From Selaginella moellendorffii (lineage: Eukaryota; Plantae; Lycopodiophyta): 64,000 nucleotides of DNA. The position numbers were made by a program, and so were the translations under genes. Of the stretch, positions 24,192 to 35,074 are shown piece by piece. Each line of letters begins with the position of its first letter. Within the stretch, counting starts at the first letter, position 1. The stretch lies in contig NW_003314300.1 of NCBI RefSeq assembly GCF_000143415.4, positions 290,908 through 354,907 of the forward strand, read 5' to 3'. The notes under the pieces were generated by a model, which was given only the letters and a program-made list of their open reading frames with translations, was not told the origin of the DNA and made no database searches.

Positions 24192-24460
24192 TTCAAAGGA
24201 TTCGTGGCGCTTGGGATCCAAAGAGAGAAGAAAGAAAGAAAAAATTCCTCTCTTTGCGCGAAAGTTCCAAAAGAATGGGAGAACTTTCTTTGATTTTACC
24301 ACCACTTTAGTGGCGACACTATGACGATAACTCTTTTGGCGTGATCTAGAGGCTCTAGAGTGAGTGACACGACGCTCTCTTGGAAGAATGGTAGATTCCT
24401 CGCTGGCAAAAGGCCCACGCATTTGAGATTCATCGCCAATCTCTTTTTCTCTGCGCCGCC

Positions 24461-25469
24461 ATGGAGGAATTGGAGAGAAATTCCGCGGCGGCAGCGCTCC
24501 TGCGCCTTCGGTCGCAGCAATTCGATGACAAGGAAGCGATCGCGAAGCCCAATCTGGAGCTGGGCTCATCGATTGGAGTGGAGATTGCGCGCGATGAGAT
24601 TCTTCCAGTGGATCTCCTGGCGCATTGCTTGTTACAGTTATCTTCCTTCCGGGACATGGCCATGTAAGCACGGTATCTCGTTTTTTTTCCCCTTTCTTTT
24701 TAGCCCCCTTTATTTGCGGAAGAACCCTAATTTTGGGCAGGGTGAATCTCGTGTGCAAGAAATGGAGGAGCGCCATGCGGCAATCGCTGGCATATCGCAA
24801 GCGATTGAGCTTCGCGGGATGCCGTGTCGACGATGTCTCGGTCGCCAATCTTGTGAATCAAGCGCTCAATCTCTTGGATCTCGACATGTAGGTTCTGATC
24901 TCTTCTCTCTCGGGCTCTAATTCTTTCCATTCCAGGTCCGCTGGAACTTGGGGCTGCCAGATCACAGACATTGCGCTCGTTGCCATCGCGGATTCTAGCT
25001 GCTGCCCCAATCTCCGCTCGATTTCCTTGTGGGGTGTCACGGCAATCACTGATCAAGGCGTCGCGGCGCTGGTAAGCTGGAAATCCACGCTTCTCATCCA
25101 ATCGATCTTCGTCCTTCCAGGTCTTTCGAGCCAAATCGCTCGAGAATCTCAATGTGGGTGGCACTTTCATCACCGACGCGTCCCTCCTCGCCATCGCCAC
25201 GCATTGCCGCTCTCTCAAGGTCCGTGGAATTCATTCTACCAGATTTGCGATCTATCCATTCCATGATCCATGGATCCTCTTCTTCCTTCCAGGCGCTCAA
25301 TGTGTGGGGATGCAAATTCGTGACGGAGAAAGGGCTCCTCCACCTCGCGCGAGGATGCCCAAGCCTCCAATCGCTCAACGTCTTTGGCATCAAGGTCACC
25401 AATCTCTTCTTCCACTCCCTGGCAGCACTGAATTCGCAGCTCCAGATCAAACCAGCCCCATCGCTATAA
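24461..25469 (+). CDS. F-box/LRR (RNI-like) protein, At5g67140-like, multi-exon
   Basis: LPVDLLAHCL..VCKKWR..LSFAG; WGCQITD; ISLWGVTAITDQGV; LNVGGTFITDASLLAIA. Confidence 0.88.
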
Positions 25470-25515
25470 AGCCATTCTATTCTTTGCTCGATCGATCCTC
25501 TCGATCGATTGAGCT

Positions 25516-26964
25516 ATGAGCTCCGTGCTAGAATCCTCTCTACTCCTCCGGCAGTGTGGCGACTCGCGAGATCTAGCTCGCGGGAGGGAAATCCACCGGC
25601 AGCTCGTCCAATCCGGCGAGGATCGCCAGACATTCCTGGGCAATTTGATAATCCTCATGTATGGGAAGTGTGGAAGAACAGAAGACGCGATCCAGGCATT
25701 CCACAGGATCCGCCACACAAACATCTACTCGTGGACGAATCTTATCGCCGCGCTCGCGCGAAGCGGTGATCTCGATCGAGCGCAGTCGGCGCTCCATTCG
25801 ATGCCCGTGATCGAGATCGTGGCGTGGAACACGATCATCACCGCATATGCCCAGCAAGGGCATCCGCGAAGAGCCCTGCATCTCTTCGAGATCATGGATC
25901 TAGAAGGGATTGTGGGCGATGGAATCACGCTCTTGGGCGCGATCGAGGCATGCGCCCAGCTCCAATCCCTCTCGCGGGGACGGCAAATCCACGCTCGGAT
26001 TGTCAGCCTCGGGCTGGATAGATCCGAGCTCCCACTCGCGAATTCGCTCATCAAGATGTATTCGCGATGCGCTAGCGTAAGGGACGCGAAGAGGGTCTTT
26101 GATGGGATGATCCACCGCGATCTTGTGTCGTGGAACACGATCATAGCAGCACTTGCCACGAACGGGCATTTGGATCTTGCGCTACAGGCTTTTAACCGGA
26201 TGAATCAAAGAGACCGAGCGTCCTGGAACACGATGATTGTGGCGTTCTCGCAACTGGGCGATCACCGGCGATCCATGGAATTTCTCGCGAGCATGGATCT
26301 GGAAGGGATCGAGCCGGACGAGATCACGTTCCTGGGCGGATTGGAAGCTTGTGCGGGGCTCACGGCAATTGCCGAAGGGAAGCTCCTCCACTCGAGCATC
26401 CAGCAATGGGGGCTAGACTCGCGACTCCAAATCTCTACATCCTTGATCACAATGTATGGCAAGTGTGGCGATCCAGAACTAGCTCGATCGATCTTTGATA
26501 ATTGCAATTCCCGTGATTTAATCTTTTGGAACGCAATGCTTGCAGCTTATGCCAAGAACGGGCATCTGGTGCAAGCGCTCGATCTCTTCTGGCAAATGGA
26601 TCTAGAAGGAATCGCAAAGAGCGCTGCGACGCACGTCAATCTCCTCGCAGGACTCAGCCATGGAGGGACACTCCGCGATGGGATCGAGTTCTTCCTGGCC
26701 ATGAGCGCTGATCACAGCGTGGAGCCGGGATACAAGCACTACTCCTGCGTGATCGATCTCCTAGCCCGCACTGGCAAGTTGGGTGATGCCCACGACCTCC
26801 TCCTCGCCATGCCCTTCTATCCTGACGTGATCTCCTGGACGACCCTGCTGACCGCTTGCAAGCTCCACAAGGACAGTAATCGAGCTGCCGCAATAGCTAG
26901 GGAAATCGGCTCCTCCCAGAACGTAGTCGTTTCAATCGCGAATTTCTATGTCCAGGATACTTGA
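25516..26964 (+). CDS. PLS-class pentatricopeptide repeat protein with a truncated E domain
   Basis: MYGKCG, VSWNTII, HYSCVIDLLARTG, ISWTTLLTAC motifs. Confidence 0.92.
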   Translation: MSSVLESSLLLRQCGDSRDLARGREIHRQLVQSGEDRQTFLGNLIILMYGKCGRTEDAIQAFHRIRHTNIYSWTNLIAALARSGDLDRAQSALHSMPVIEIVAWNTIITAYAQQGHPRRALHLFEIMDLEGIVGDGITLLGAIEACAQLQSLSRGRQIHARIVSLGLDRSELPLANSLIKMYSRCASVRDAKRVFDGMIHRDLVSWNTIIAALATNGHLDLALQAFNRMNQRDRASWNTMIVAFSQLGDHRRSMEFLASMDLEGIEPDEITFLGGLEACAGLTAIAEGKLLHSSIQQWGLDSRLQISTSLITMYGKCGDPELARSIFDNCNSRDLIFWNAMLAAYAKNGHLVQALDLFWQMDLEGIAKSAATHVNLLAGLSHGGTLRDGIEFFLAMSADHSVEPGYKHYSCVIDLLARTGKLGDAHDLLLAMPFYPDVISWTTLLTACKLHKDSNRAAAIAREIGSSQNVVVSIANFYVQDT

Positions 26965-27214
26965 TCTATAAAAGAGACCTTCATCAGATGATAGTAAACT
27001 TCTGCAAAATTATTGACTGAGTTGTTTGTATTCTGTTTTGAGTGGGAGTTCTATCTACTTTGTTATTAGAAACTCCTCCTTCACATTTCTCCATGTGATG
27101 GAGTTTTTTAACGAAGTGCCACCCAATCCAAGGAGCTAGAAAACACTTTGCCACTTTACTTAATCTTCTAGTGATGAAGTTTGACAAATCAAAGGACTTT
27201 TTTAAAGAGAGGCT

Positions 27215-27415
27215 GCGCGAGTGAGTCGAGGAAGAACCCCACCGCGGTCATGTCCATCCGGAGCCGCATTCTTTTCCGGGCCCTTCGCATCCCCCACCGT
27301 GAAATACGATTCTTCCGCCAGCATCTCTTCCAGCTTGCGCTTGCATTGCTTCGAGTAGAATCGCGATGGAAGGTGCGCGATCCATTTGCCGATAGGAAGC
27401 TCCTCCTCGCCCTCC
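27215..27415 (-). pseudogene. N-terminal fragment of the CR-like family
   Basis: EELPIGKWIAHLPSRFYSKQCKRKLEEMLAEESYFTVGDAK matches the N-terminus of ORF 35075-36418. Confidence 0.8.
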
Positions 27416-27511
27416 CTAACTAAACTTTAAACCCAGTTGCCAAAAGGTCGTTCTTTAGGGCTCTTGAGCTATAAAGGAAGAATGTGAGTGTCCCATTTTT
27501 TAGGGTTCTTG

Positions 27512-28228
27512 ATGGGCGAGGGCTGGATTGTGGTGGAGCGCTCGTCGTCGCGGCGGGGTTCCAGCAAGAAGCCCAGGCTGATGGACGATGACGACCAGGA
27601 GCTCACGGTGGAGGAGTTTCGCAAGGCCATCCACGCGATTCTGGTGAGGATGGATAGGATCAGGAGCTCCGATTTCTACAAGAGATTTCTAGCGCAGGTC
27701 GGGGCCAGCGTTGGGGAGTCCCTGGCAGCGATGGGCGTGGAGAATCTGGTGGTGTATGGGCTGGGGAGGATCTCCAGGTCGGAGAGCTCGCGGCTCCAGC
27801 TCGCGCTGGTGCTGCTACTCAGGCAGGATCGCGTCCTGCCCGAGGATTGCTTGATCTGGGTGTTTGATCCGGTGCTCACGGCGTGCGAGTGGAGGATCCT
27901 GCGGCAACTCGAGTGCCGCGCGATCGATTCCAACGAGCTGGGGCTCCGGAAGGTGGAGGAGCCGACGCTGTTCTTCATGCCCCACTGCGAATCACACCTC
28001 TACGACAACGTCGTCAAGGCGAATTGGGGATCGCTGGGCAAGATCGCGATCCTGGGCAATAGCTTCGCGAGCTACATGGAGAGATGGACGATCTATCCCA
28101 ACCAGAAAGGCTCGCGCCCGGATCATCTCCTGGCTATCCAGCCCCGGGCAGTCGAGCTTCCGGTGGATGACGTGGACTTTATGTACGCCTTCAATGACAT
28201 GAGCTGGCACTTTTTCCCGGACGAATGA
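27512..28228 (+). CDS. SRR1: SENSITIVITY TO RED LIGHT REDUCED 1-like
   Basis: LVVYGLG..SRLQLAL, VFDPV, PTLFFMPHCESHLYDNVVKANW, ILGNSF, AFNDMSWHFF. Confidence 0.92.
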   Translation: MGEGWIVVERSSSRRGSSKKPRLMDDDDQELTVEEFRKAIHAILVRMDRIRSSDFYKRFLAQVGASVGESLAAMGVENLVVYGLGRISRSESSRLQLALVLLLRQDRVLPEDCLIWVFDPVLTACEWRILRQLECRAIDSNELGLRKVEEPTLFFMPHCESHLYDNVVKANWGSLGKIAILGNSFASYMERWTIYPNQKGSRPDHLLAIQPRAVELPVDDVDFMYAFNDMSWHFFPDE

Positions 28229-28439
28229 TATGACATGGGGGCGGGAACATGGGAGCGGCAAACGGTCCGAAATTCTATCATTTTTATGACATGGGAACGG
28301 CAGGTATATGACATGGACTATGGGGGGGAATTCTGTCGTTTTCTTATGACATGGGAATCGTGCCCGTTGGAATTAAGCGGGAAGGAACAAGGACAACTAG
28401 ACGAGCAAGAGAGAGAAGGGCGGCGGCGGCGCGGAAGAG

Positions 28440-29997
28440 ATGGAGCGCTTGTCCGATCGACCAGCGTTTGCGAGTGTTCTTGGCGAGGATTCCATCGGCG
28501 AGCGCGATCCGTGGCTGGTAAGCTCGCAAGCCTTGCTAGAAATCTTTCTATCCTGCGAGCTAGGGTCTCACAGGGATGCCTTGCAGCCGATACCCCAGCG
28601 CTTCGTCCAGCTCTACGCGGATGGATTCGCCAAAGAGTGCCGGATTCGCGGGCCGGATGGCGCCGCCTGGGGCGTGACGCTGGGCGGGCCGAGCTTGAGC
28701 CGCATTGGGATGAGGGGAGGGTGGGAGACCTTCGCGCTGGCCTATGGATTGAAGGCTGGGGATCTTCTTGTGGTGAGGCTCGTCCAAGAATCGGTGTTCC
28801 AGGTGGAGATCTTTGGTTCCAAGAGCCGGGTGAACAAGCTTCCAGGGAGATTCATGGCGAGCTTCTTCAATGCGGGATCCAGGGAAGCGCAAGAAAGAGA
28901 TGGGCAGTGTCTGGAAGCTACAGCCGTGGAGAAAGATGGAACTGGCAGTGCAGAAGATGGAAGAACTAGGCCCAGAAGTTCTTCCCAGATTGCAAGACAA
29001 ACACCACCACGAAGGCAACCATCTCAAGAAGAAGATGGAAGAACTAGGCGGAGAAGTTCTTCCCGGATTGCTGCAAGCCAGACACCACCAAGGCAAGCAT
29101 CGCATGAAGAAGATGGAAGAACTACGCGGAGAAGTTCTTCCCGGATTGCAAGCCAGACACCACCGCCAAGGCAACCATCCCATGAAGGAGATGGAACAAC
29201 TAGGCGGAGAAGTTCTTCCCGGATTCCAAGCCAGGCGCCACCATCCCGTGAAGAAGATGGAAGAACTAGGTGGAGAAGTTCTTCCCGGATTGCAAGCCAG
29301 ACACCACCACCATCGCGGCCACCACCACCAGCGAAAGCATCCACGAGCAAAGCAGTGGTGGTTGCTAGCACCAGGACGAGGAAGAAGAACAGCGAAGAAC
29401 AATCGGAGGAGAAGCCTTTGTCACGGCGGCGAGCCGTGACTGATGCCGAGCGCGAGAGAGCCCTGGAGCGAGCTCGGCAGTTCACGTCCACGAATCCATT
29501 CACCATGAACAAGATGAACAAATCGCACGTCTACCGCGGCTTCTGGATGGTAAGCTCGTGCTCGCTCGATCGAAAGCTTTTCTCGCGCGCTAAGTTTCTA
29601 AGTTCCACAGGGAATGAACCACCAGTTCGCGCGGCAGCACTTGCCATCGCAGATCTGTAGCATTGTGCTCGTGGATTCGAGCGGGGCGGAGTGGCCGGCA
29701 AGGTATCTGCCCAGGCCGGGGATCAGTGGCGGCTGGAAGAAGTTCGCGCTGGATCACAGGCTCGAGGAGGGCGACGTGGTGATCTTCGAGCGCGTGGATC
29801 GCACCCAGTGTAATCCAGTGATTCGGGTTCACATCTACAGGGTGGTGGAGGTCGATGATCTACCGCAGGAGGAGGAAGAGCAAGCGAGGAAGAGAAGGAA
29901 GTATAGCGATTCTTCCAGGGAAGATCTTGGGCGCCGAGAGGACAAAGAACAAGGAAGAAGGAAGGGTGGACGTCCACGATTGCGTCCCAGTTTGTAG
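28440..29997 (+). CDS. REM-type transcription factor with two B3 domains and a repetitive linker (at least 1 intron, ~29550-29610)
   Basis: GGWETFALAYGLKAGDLLV; PFTMNKMNKSHVYRGFWM; GGWKKFALDHRLEEGDVVIFE. Confidence 0.88.
28950..29320 (+). repeat. Coding tandem repeat, 5 units of ~66-78 bp (EEDGRTRRRSSSRIASQTPPRQPSH)
   Basis: Repeated GAAGATGGAAGAACT...AGAAGTTCTTCCCGGATTGC. Confidence 0.9.
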
Positions 29998-30070
29998 GAG
30001 CCGATCTACACCGTCGGTGTAACTTTATAAAAGAGTTCTTTGATTTCTATTCGATCTAGGTTTTGTGTCT

Positions 30071-30424
30071 ATGGCGGAGGTAAGCAAGCGCGTTCTTGCG
30101 AGTGGCGCGCGTGAATTTTTTCCGATTGTTCTTGGCAGATCGTGGAGCTCAAGGTCGCCATGACTTGCGAGGGATGCGTGGGTGCCGTGAAGAGGGTTCT
30201 GGGCAAAATGCAAGGTAGATTTTGGGCTCGATTTTTGCTTAGCGACTTATAGCGAGTCCCTGGTGTTCTTGGCGGTGGATTTCCTGGTAGGAGTGGAGTC
30301 TTTCGATGTGGATCTCAAGGAGCAAAAGGTAACCGTCAAGGGCAATGTCAAGGCGGAAGACGTGCTCCAGACGGTGTCCAAGACGGGCAAAGCGACCACT
30401 TTCTGGCCCAAGGAAGAACAGTGA
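30071..30424 (+). CDS. ATX1: ATX1/CCH copper chaperone, 3 exons; missed by the ORF track
   Basis: [67 protein letters not shown], containing the MxCxxC motif. Confidence 0.95.
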
Positions 30425-30559
30425 GCCATCCAGCCATGGCGATCCAATCCATCGAGGAAAGAGTAGCGTAGAGAACACTCCTCCTCTCTCTCTCTCTCTC
30501 TCTTATAACATCACAACTAAGTTTCCTGCTAGAGAACTTGATCGATCGAGAACTTCGAG

Positions 30560-30680
30560 AGTAGAGTATAGATCAAGTAGACACGATGGGAAGAGCCGAT
30601 AGCTCGAGCTATGGCAGCCGCTCGATCCGAGCTTGCAAGTGGCGAGCAAGGTCGTCCAGGAGATCACGAGGGTGCATTTT
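30560..30680 (-). pseudogene. 3'-end fragment of a PPR gene similar to 26820-26970
   Basis: VISWTTLLATCKL plus the shared downstream sequence TACTTGATCTATA. Confidence 0.6.
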
Positions 30681-30826
30681 CCCATTTTATTTTTTCATTG
30701 CTTTTTTCTGAAAATAACTATGACCGTTGACCAATTATGAACTTTACATATAAACCCAAAGCCCTAAATATTGACCATTGACCACCATTGACAGTTGACC
30801 TTTTGACCTTTTTGACCCTTCGACCA

Positions 30827-32497
30827 TCACTCGCTAAACAGTTTCCACATCACGGGCCTCGGCTCATACGGCATGTTTTCGATCAGCTCCTTGGCCTCTT
30901 TCGCGAAGCCTTTCCGCGCAAGGATGTCGATCACGCACTCATAGTGCTCCGCGGTATGTTCTATCCATCTGTCCGCAGTGATGGATCGGAAGTACTCGCG
31001 GCATCGCTTGACGAGCGATGATCCGGCGGAGTGGTGCCTGATCGCGACCAAAACGTTGAGCATCGTTCCTCCGTCCGGGATCATCCCGTTCCAATCCATC
31101 CTCCGGAGAAGCTCCAGGACTTGCCTGAGATGCCCGGCTCTTGCGTGCGCTTCCATGAGCGAGTTCCAGGAGCCCTCGTCTTGGATCGAGAGAGCGTGAG
31201 CTAGGAAAACCTCCGCTGCTTTGGCCAGATCTCCACGCTTCCCATACATGGCCACCAGCGCCGTCTTGATCACCGCGTCCAGCCCCAGATCTTTCTCCAC
31301 AAACTGCTCGTGGAGTTTTCTTCCCTGCGAGAAATCGCCCATGGCTGTGCAAGCATTGATCGCAGCAGCAAAAACTGGCGGACAGTCTCCTTCTTCACAC
31401 CGATTCTCGCCCACCAATCGCTTGAAAAGGCTCAACGCGGCCTCGTTGACGCCATGCGCGACGTACTCGACGATCATGGCTGTGGAGCACGACGAATCCA
31501 CGCAGGGAATCTCCTCAAAAACCATCCTTGCGTCGCGGAGGCTTCCACACTTGGAGAACATCTTGATCAATGCGCTGCTGATTCTCACGTCTCCTTTGAG
31601 ACCGAGCTCACAGCACTCTCTGTAAATGTTCCTCCCAAGTTCCAGGAACTCTATCCGGCCTTGGAACGAGCAAAAGATCTGGAAGAAAGTTTCCCTGTTC
31701 GGGTGAACTCCTTCCAAATCCATTCTCGTGAGAAACTCCAGAGCTTGCGAAGGATTGCTGGAGTCGCCACCTTGAGCACACGCAGCTATGGCGGCGTTCC
31801 AAGACTCCAAGCTCTTCTCTTCGATTCCCTCGAAAGTTCTCCTCGCGTCTTCCACACTGCCCATCTTTCCATACGCCGCAATCAATCCATCCCAGAAGCG
31901 TTCCTTCACTGAAAACTCCCCCAGCTCCACGGATTCGTGGATCACTCGGACGATCGCAGTGGTGCCGATCTCGCCGCAAGCCTCCACGACTGCGCAGAGC
32001 GTGAAGCTGCTGGGCTTGATCCCTTCCACCGCCATCTCTCGAAACGCTTGCAATGCCTTAGCAAAATCCCCGCTCTGGGAAAATGCTGCGATCACCACGC
32101 TCCACGAGAACGTGTTCTTCCTCAGCCACGATTCCAGCATTGGTCGCGATTCCTCGATGCATCCGAGCTTGCTGCACTTCTCCACCACCAAATCCCGCAG
32201 ATTCCTGTCGTTGATCACGCCAGCCCTCTTGGCGGAATCCAGCGCCCGTGCAACATCGCTCGCGCGCCTGGATCGCGAGATCAGCTCCACCTGGTTACGT
32301 GTGACGCGCGCTTGCCGTTCCCTGCGGAGCTGCGCTGGATCGCGCGCGTACCATGGCGGATTTTGCTTGCCCGGATCCCGCGCCCTGCGAATGCCTCGCT
32401 TGCGATTCTCCCGCGACTGGCGGAGGATATGATCCACGCGACGACGCACGCGGCTGGAGAAATGGGCGAAGCTCGGCCCGCGCCTCCTCAGCCACAT
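30827..32497 (-). CDS. PLS-class PPR protein
   Basis: FSWSVVIAAFSQSG, MFSKCGSLRDARMVFE, EHYECVIDILARKG, MPYEP. Confidence 0.9.
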   Translation of the reverse strand: MWLRRRGPSFAHFSSRVRRRVDHILRQSRENRKRGIRRARDPGKQNPPWYARDPAQLRRERQARVTRNQVELISRSRRASDVARALDSAKRAGVINDRNLRDLVVEKCSKLGCIEESRPMLESWLRKNTFSWSVVIAAFSQSGDFAKALQAFREMAVEGIKPSSFTLCAVVEACGEIGTTAIVRVIHESVELGEFSVKERFWDGLIAAYGKMGSVEDARRTFEGIEEKSLESWNAAIAACAQGGDSSNPSQALEFLTRMDLEGVHPNRETFFQIFCSFQGRIEFLELGRNIYRECCELGLKGDVRISSALIKMFSKCGSLRDARMVFEEIPCVDSSCSTAMIVEYVAHGVNEAALSLFKRLVGENRCEEGDCPPVFAAAINACTAMGDFSQGRKLHEQFVEKDLGLDAVIKTALVAMYGKRGDLAKAAEVFLAHALSIQDEGSWNSLMEAHARAGHLRQVLELLRRMDWNGMIPDGGTMLNVLVAIRHHSAGSSLVKRCREYFRSITADRWIEHTAEHYECVIDILARKGFAKEAKELIENMPYEPRPVMWKLFSE

Positions 32498-32963
32498 CCA
32501 TGCCTCGGTTTTTAGGGCTCTTGTGAGATTTAAAATGATTCCAGCCGCATATCCTTTTAGGGCTTTCTATACCTAGTTTATATTTATTTCAAATTAAGTA
32601 CGAAGCTTTTCGAGGCTTTGGTATGCGTTTATGAGTTAAAAAATCTGTCACTGTTGTAACATATACTGAGTTGGGCAAACTTATAAACACACTTGATAAA
32701 AAAAAATATGCTGTAAGGGTGGTAGATATAAAGCCTTTGAGAGAAAATAGACTCTAGATAACCCTAGCTGGAAGCCCTAAGTTATATAGAGAGTTTAAAA
32801 CCATTATGCAAAATCTTATGGGATGACCATAAAAGATCTTTACCTTTAAGTAAAAAATAAATATAATAATGTTTTAGTTTATTTATTATATATTGTTAAA
32901 TTAATTTTAAAAAACTCATATATTTATAGTAGTCTAATGAGATGGTGGTATAACAGAATAATT

Positions 32964-33063
32964 NNNNNNNNNNNNNNNNNNNNNNNNNNNNNNNNNNNNN
33001 NNNNNNNNNNNNNNNNNNNNNNNNNNNNNNNNNNNNNNNNNNNNNNNNNNNNNNNNNNNNNNN
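32964..33063. other. Assembly gap (100 N)
   Basis: Run of N. Confidence 1.
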
Positions 33064-34279
33064 CAATTTTTTAATTTCTTTTTACTATTTTGAATATGAT
33101 ATAACTCCTTATTTGAGCTCTTTGAATGTTTTTAATACATAAAGATATATAGAAAACCAAGATCTAAACCTTTAAGAATAAAATATATTAAATTAAATTA
33201 TTATAATTAATTTAAAATTTATATTCTATTACATTTATTATTATATTCCACTACCTTCATATACATTAGTCCAAAACTATAAATATTAATGAAATTTTGA
33301 TATGATATAAAGAAAAAAAAAAAACCACAAAGGTAATATAGAAAAGATTCCCACGGAAGTTTCAAATATAATGCATAAGTTTATCATAAAGCTTTGGCCC
33401 GACCATCTTTCAACACCTTCTATTTATATATGTTTTTAATTTCACCCATTTGCGATCAAAAGTATATTCGAGATCGCACACTTTGACGAAAATAAGAAGA
33501 CGAATAACCTGGAAAATAAATATTAAAGAAATGGAAAACAAAGAGCAAAGAGTAAGGAATTGGAGGAGAAAAACCATTTTAATAACTTAAATTTTGTACA
33601 AAACTCAGTGTGATATAAATTATTATAAAACTATATTTTCTATTTTTTATTTATATGAGTTAATGGAACTATTTAAGATTTTTAAAAATAAAAAAATACC
33701 TAAATTTTAAACTTATATAAAAACTTTAATCAGATGTAAATTATTTTTAAATTTATACATAAAAAAGATTTACATTTGTAATATTTCACTTAAGTAATTA
33801 AAAAATTAAAGAGGCATCACTCACAATTAAATCTTAGGAGGCCCAATTTCATATATGGTGGCATTACAACATCATAAGCACTCGGTATGATGGTATCAAA
33901 CTGCTGATTTTATTAATTGACTCTGGAATCAATAAATATTATACTTTACTCAATAGAATCTTTAATAAATGTATACCATTACACCCCGACTTACAAAAAA
34001 AGAAGCATTTCACAAATTGCAAATAAAATATTAACTTTACATTATAAGTTTCAAAACTTTAAACTTCCTCTCTATTTTGTTAAATTCTCCTAAATGAAAT
34101 TAATTTTGATGATTAAGTATATCGTAAGTAGTGGTTTAGATTATGCTACTATTGTAAATTTAGTTTTGATTTAGTTTTGGTTATTTAATAGTATTTATTG
34201 AATTAATCTTAACTATTTATTTGCAACTATGACCATCGATTAAGTTGAAAAGAGGTAACATTCTTTATCCTCCCATTAA

Positions 34280-34750
34280 TGAGGCACTAGAGCTCCGGAG
34301 CTCCATCCTCGCGATTCACGAGGGCTTCCCGGAGGCCAAGGTTTTCGGCCGTGGCCGAGCTTGGAGCCGATCCCACAGCGCGGAATGGCGGGAAGATCTG
34401 GCTGGTAGGACGCTCGCTTTTCAAGGAGCTGCTAGATCGCTTGGAGGCCAGCTTGCTCGATCCATTGCTGCCCCGGACGATCGAGCTAGTCGGGAGTCAT
34501 GGATCTGGGAAGACATAGTTGCTGCTCATGATCTCCTGGCACTTCTCGCAGATCTTCTCGCGGAGTGGAGCAAAGAGGACTGGATCTACTGCGCCCAGGA
34601 TCTGGACGAGATGAAACAGGTGGTGAAGATCCTCAAGAGAGACAACAATTTGTGGACGAGTACGATGTTTTCAGCTTCAGGGAGAAGGACTTAGGTGTAG
34701 TTAATGGAGGTGTGGGCGAGTACGGTGTTTTCAGCTTCAGCTCGGTGTAG
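34280..34750 (+). pseudogene. Deleted fragment of the CR-like NTPase family
   Basis: ALELRSSILAI..FPEAKVF; IYCAQDLDEMKQVVKILKRDN. Frameshifted. Confidence 0.8.
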
Positions 34751-35074
34751 TTAATGGAGCCTTCCTTTTGGTGCCTCGAGGGAAACCAGGTAAGGGTGGT
34801 CCTCTTCGCGTCCGATCCAAAAGAAGCGCCATCTGATCATATCCAGTCAGTGTGCTTGCCCAGATTCTCTGGCTCAAAGAACTTGCTGGAGTTCTGCCAC
34901 TTGGGAATGCCTGGCTGCAGTCCAACGGAGACTTGGAAGACATCGATGAAGAGCAAGCGATTCTGCATGAACCTCATTGCAAAATCGACTCTTCCGTGGG
35001 GATGAACGTTGTAGGCGAATCGGAGATGACTCTGCCTAGATCCTTCTCAAAAAAAGTTTCAATTTGCTTTCCCT

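Noticed and set aside
24054-32515. Numerous long antisense or alternate-frame ORFs (e.g. 24054-24848, 28560-29402, 31788-32432)
   Set aside because: Shadow ORFs of GC-rich real genes or repeats, with no independent motifs.
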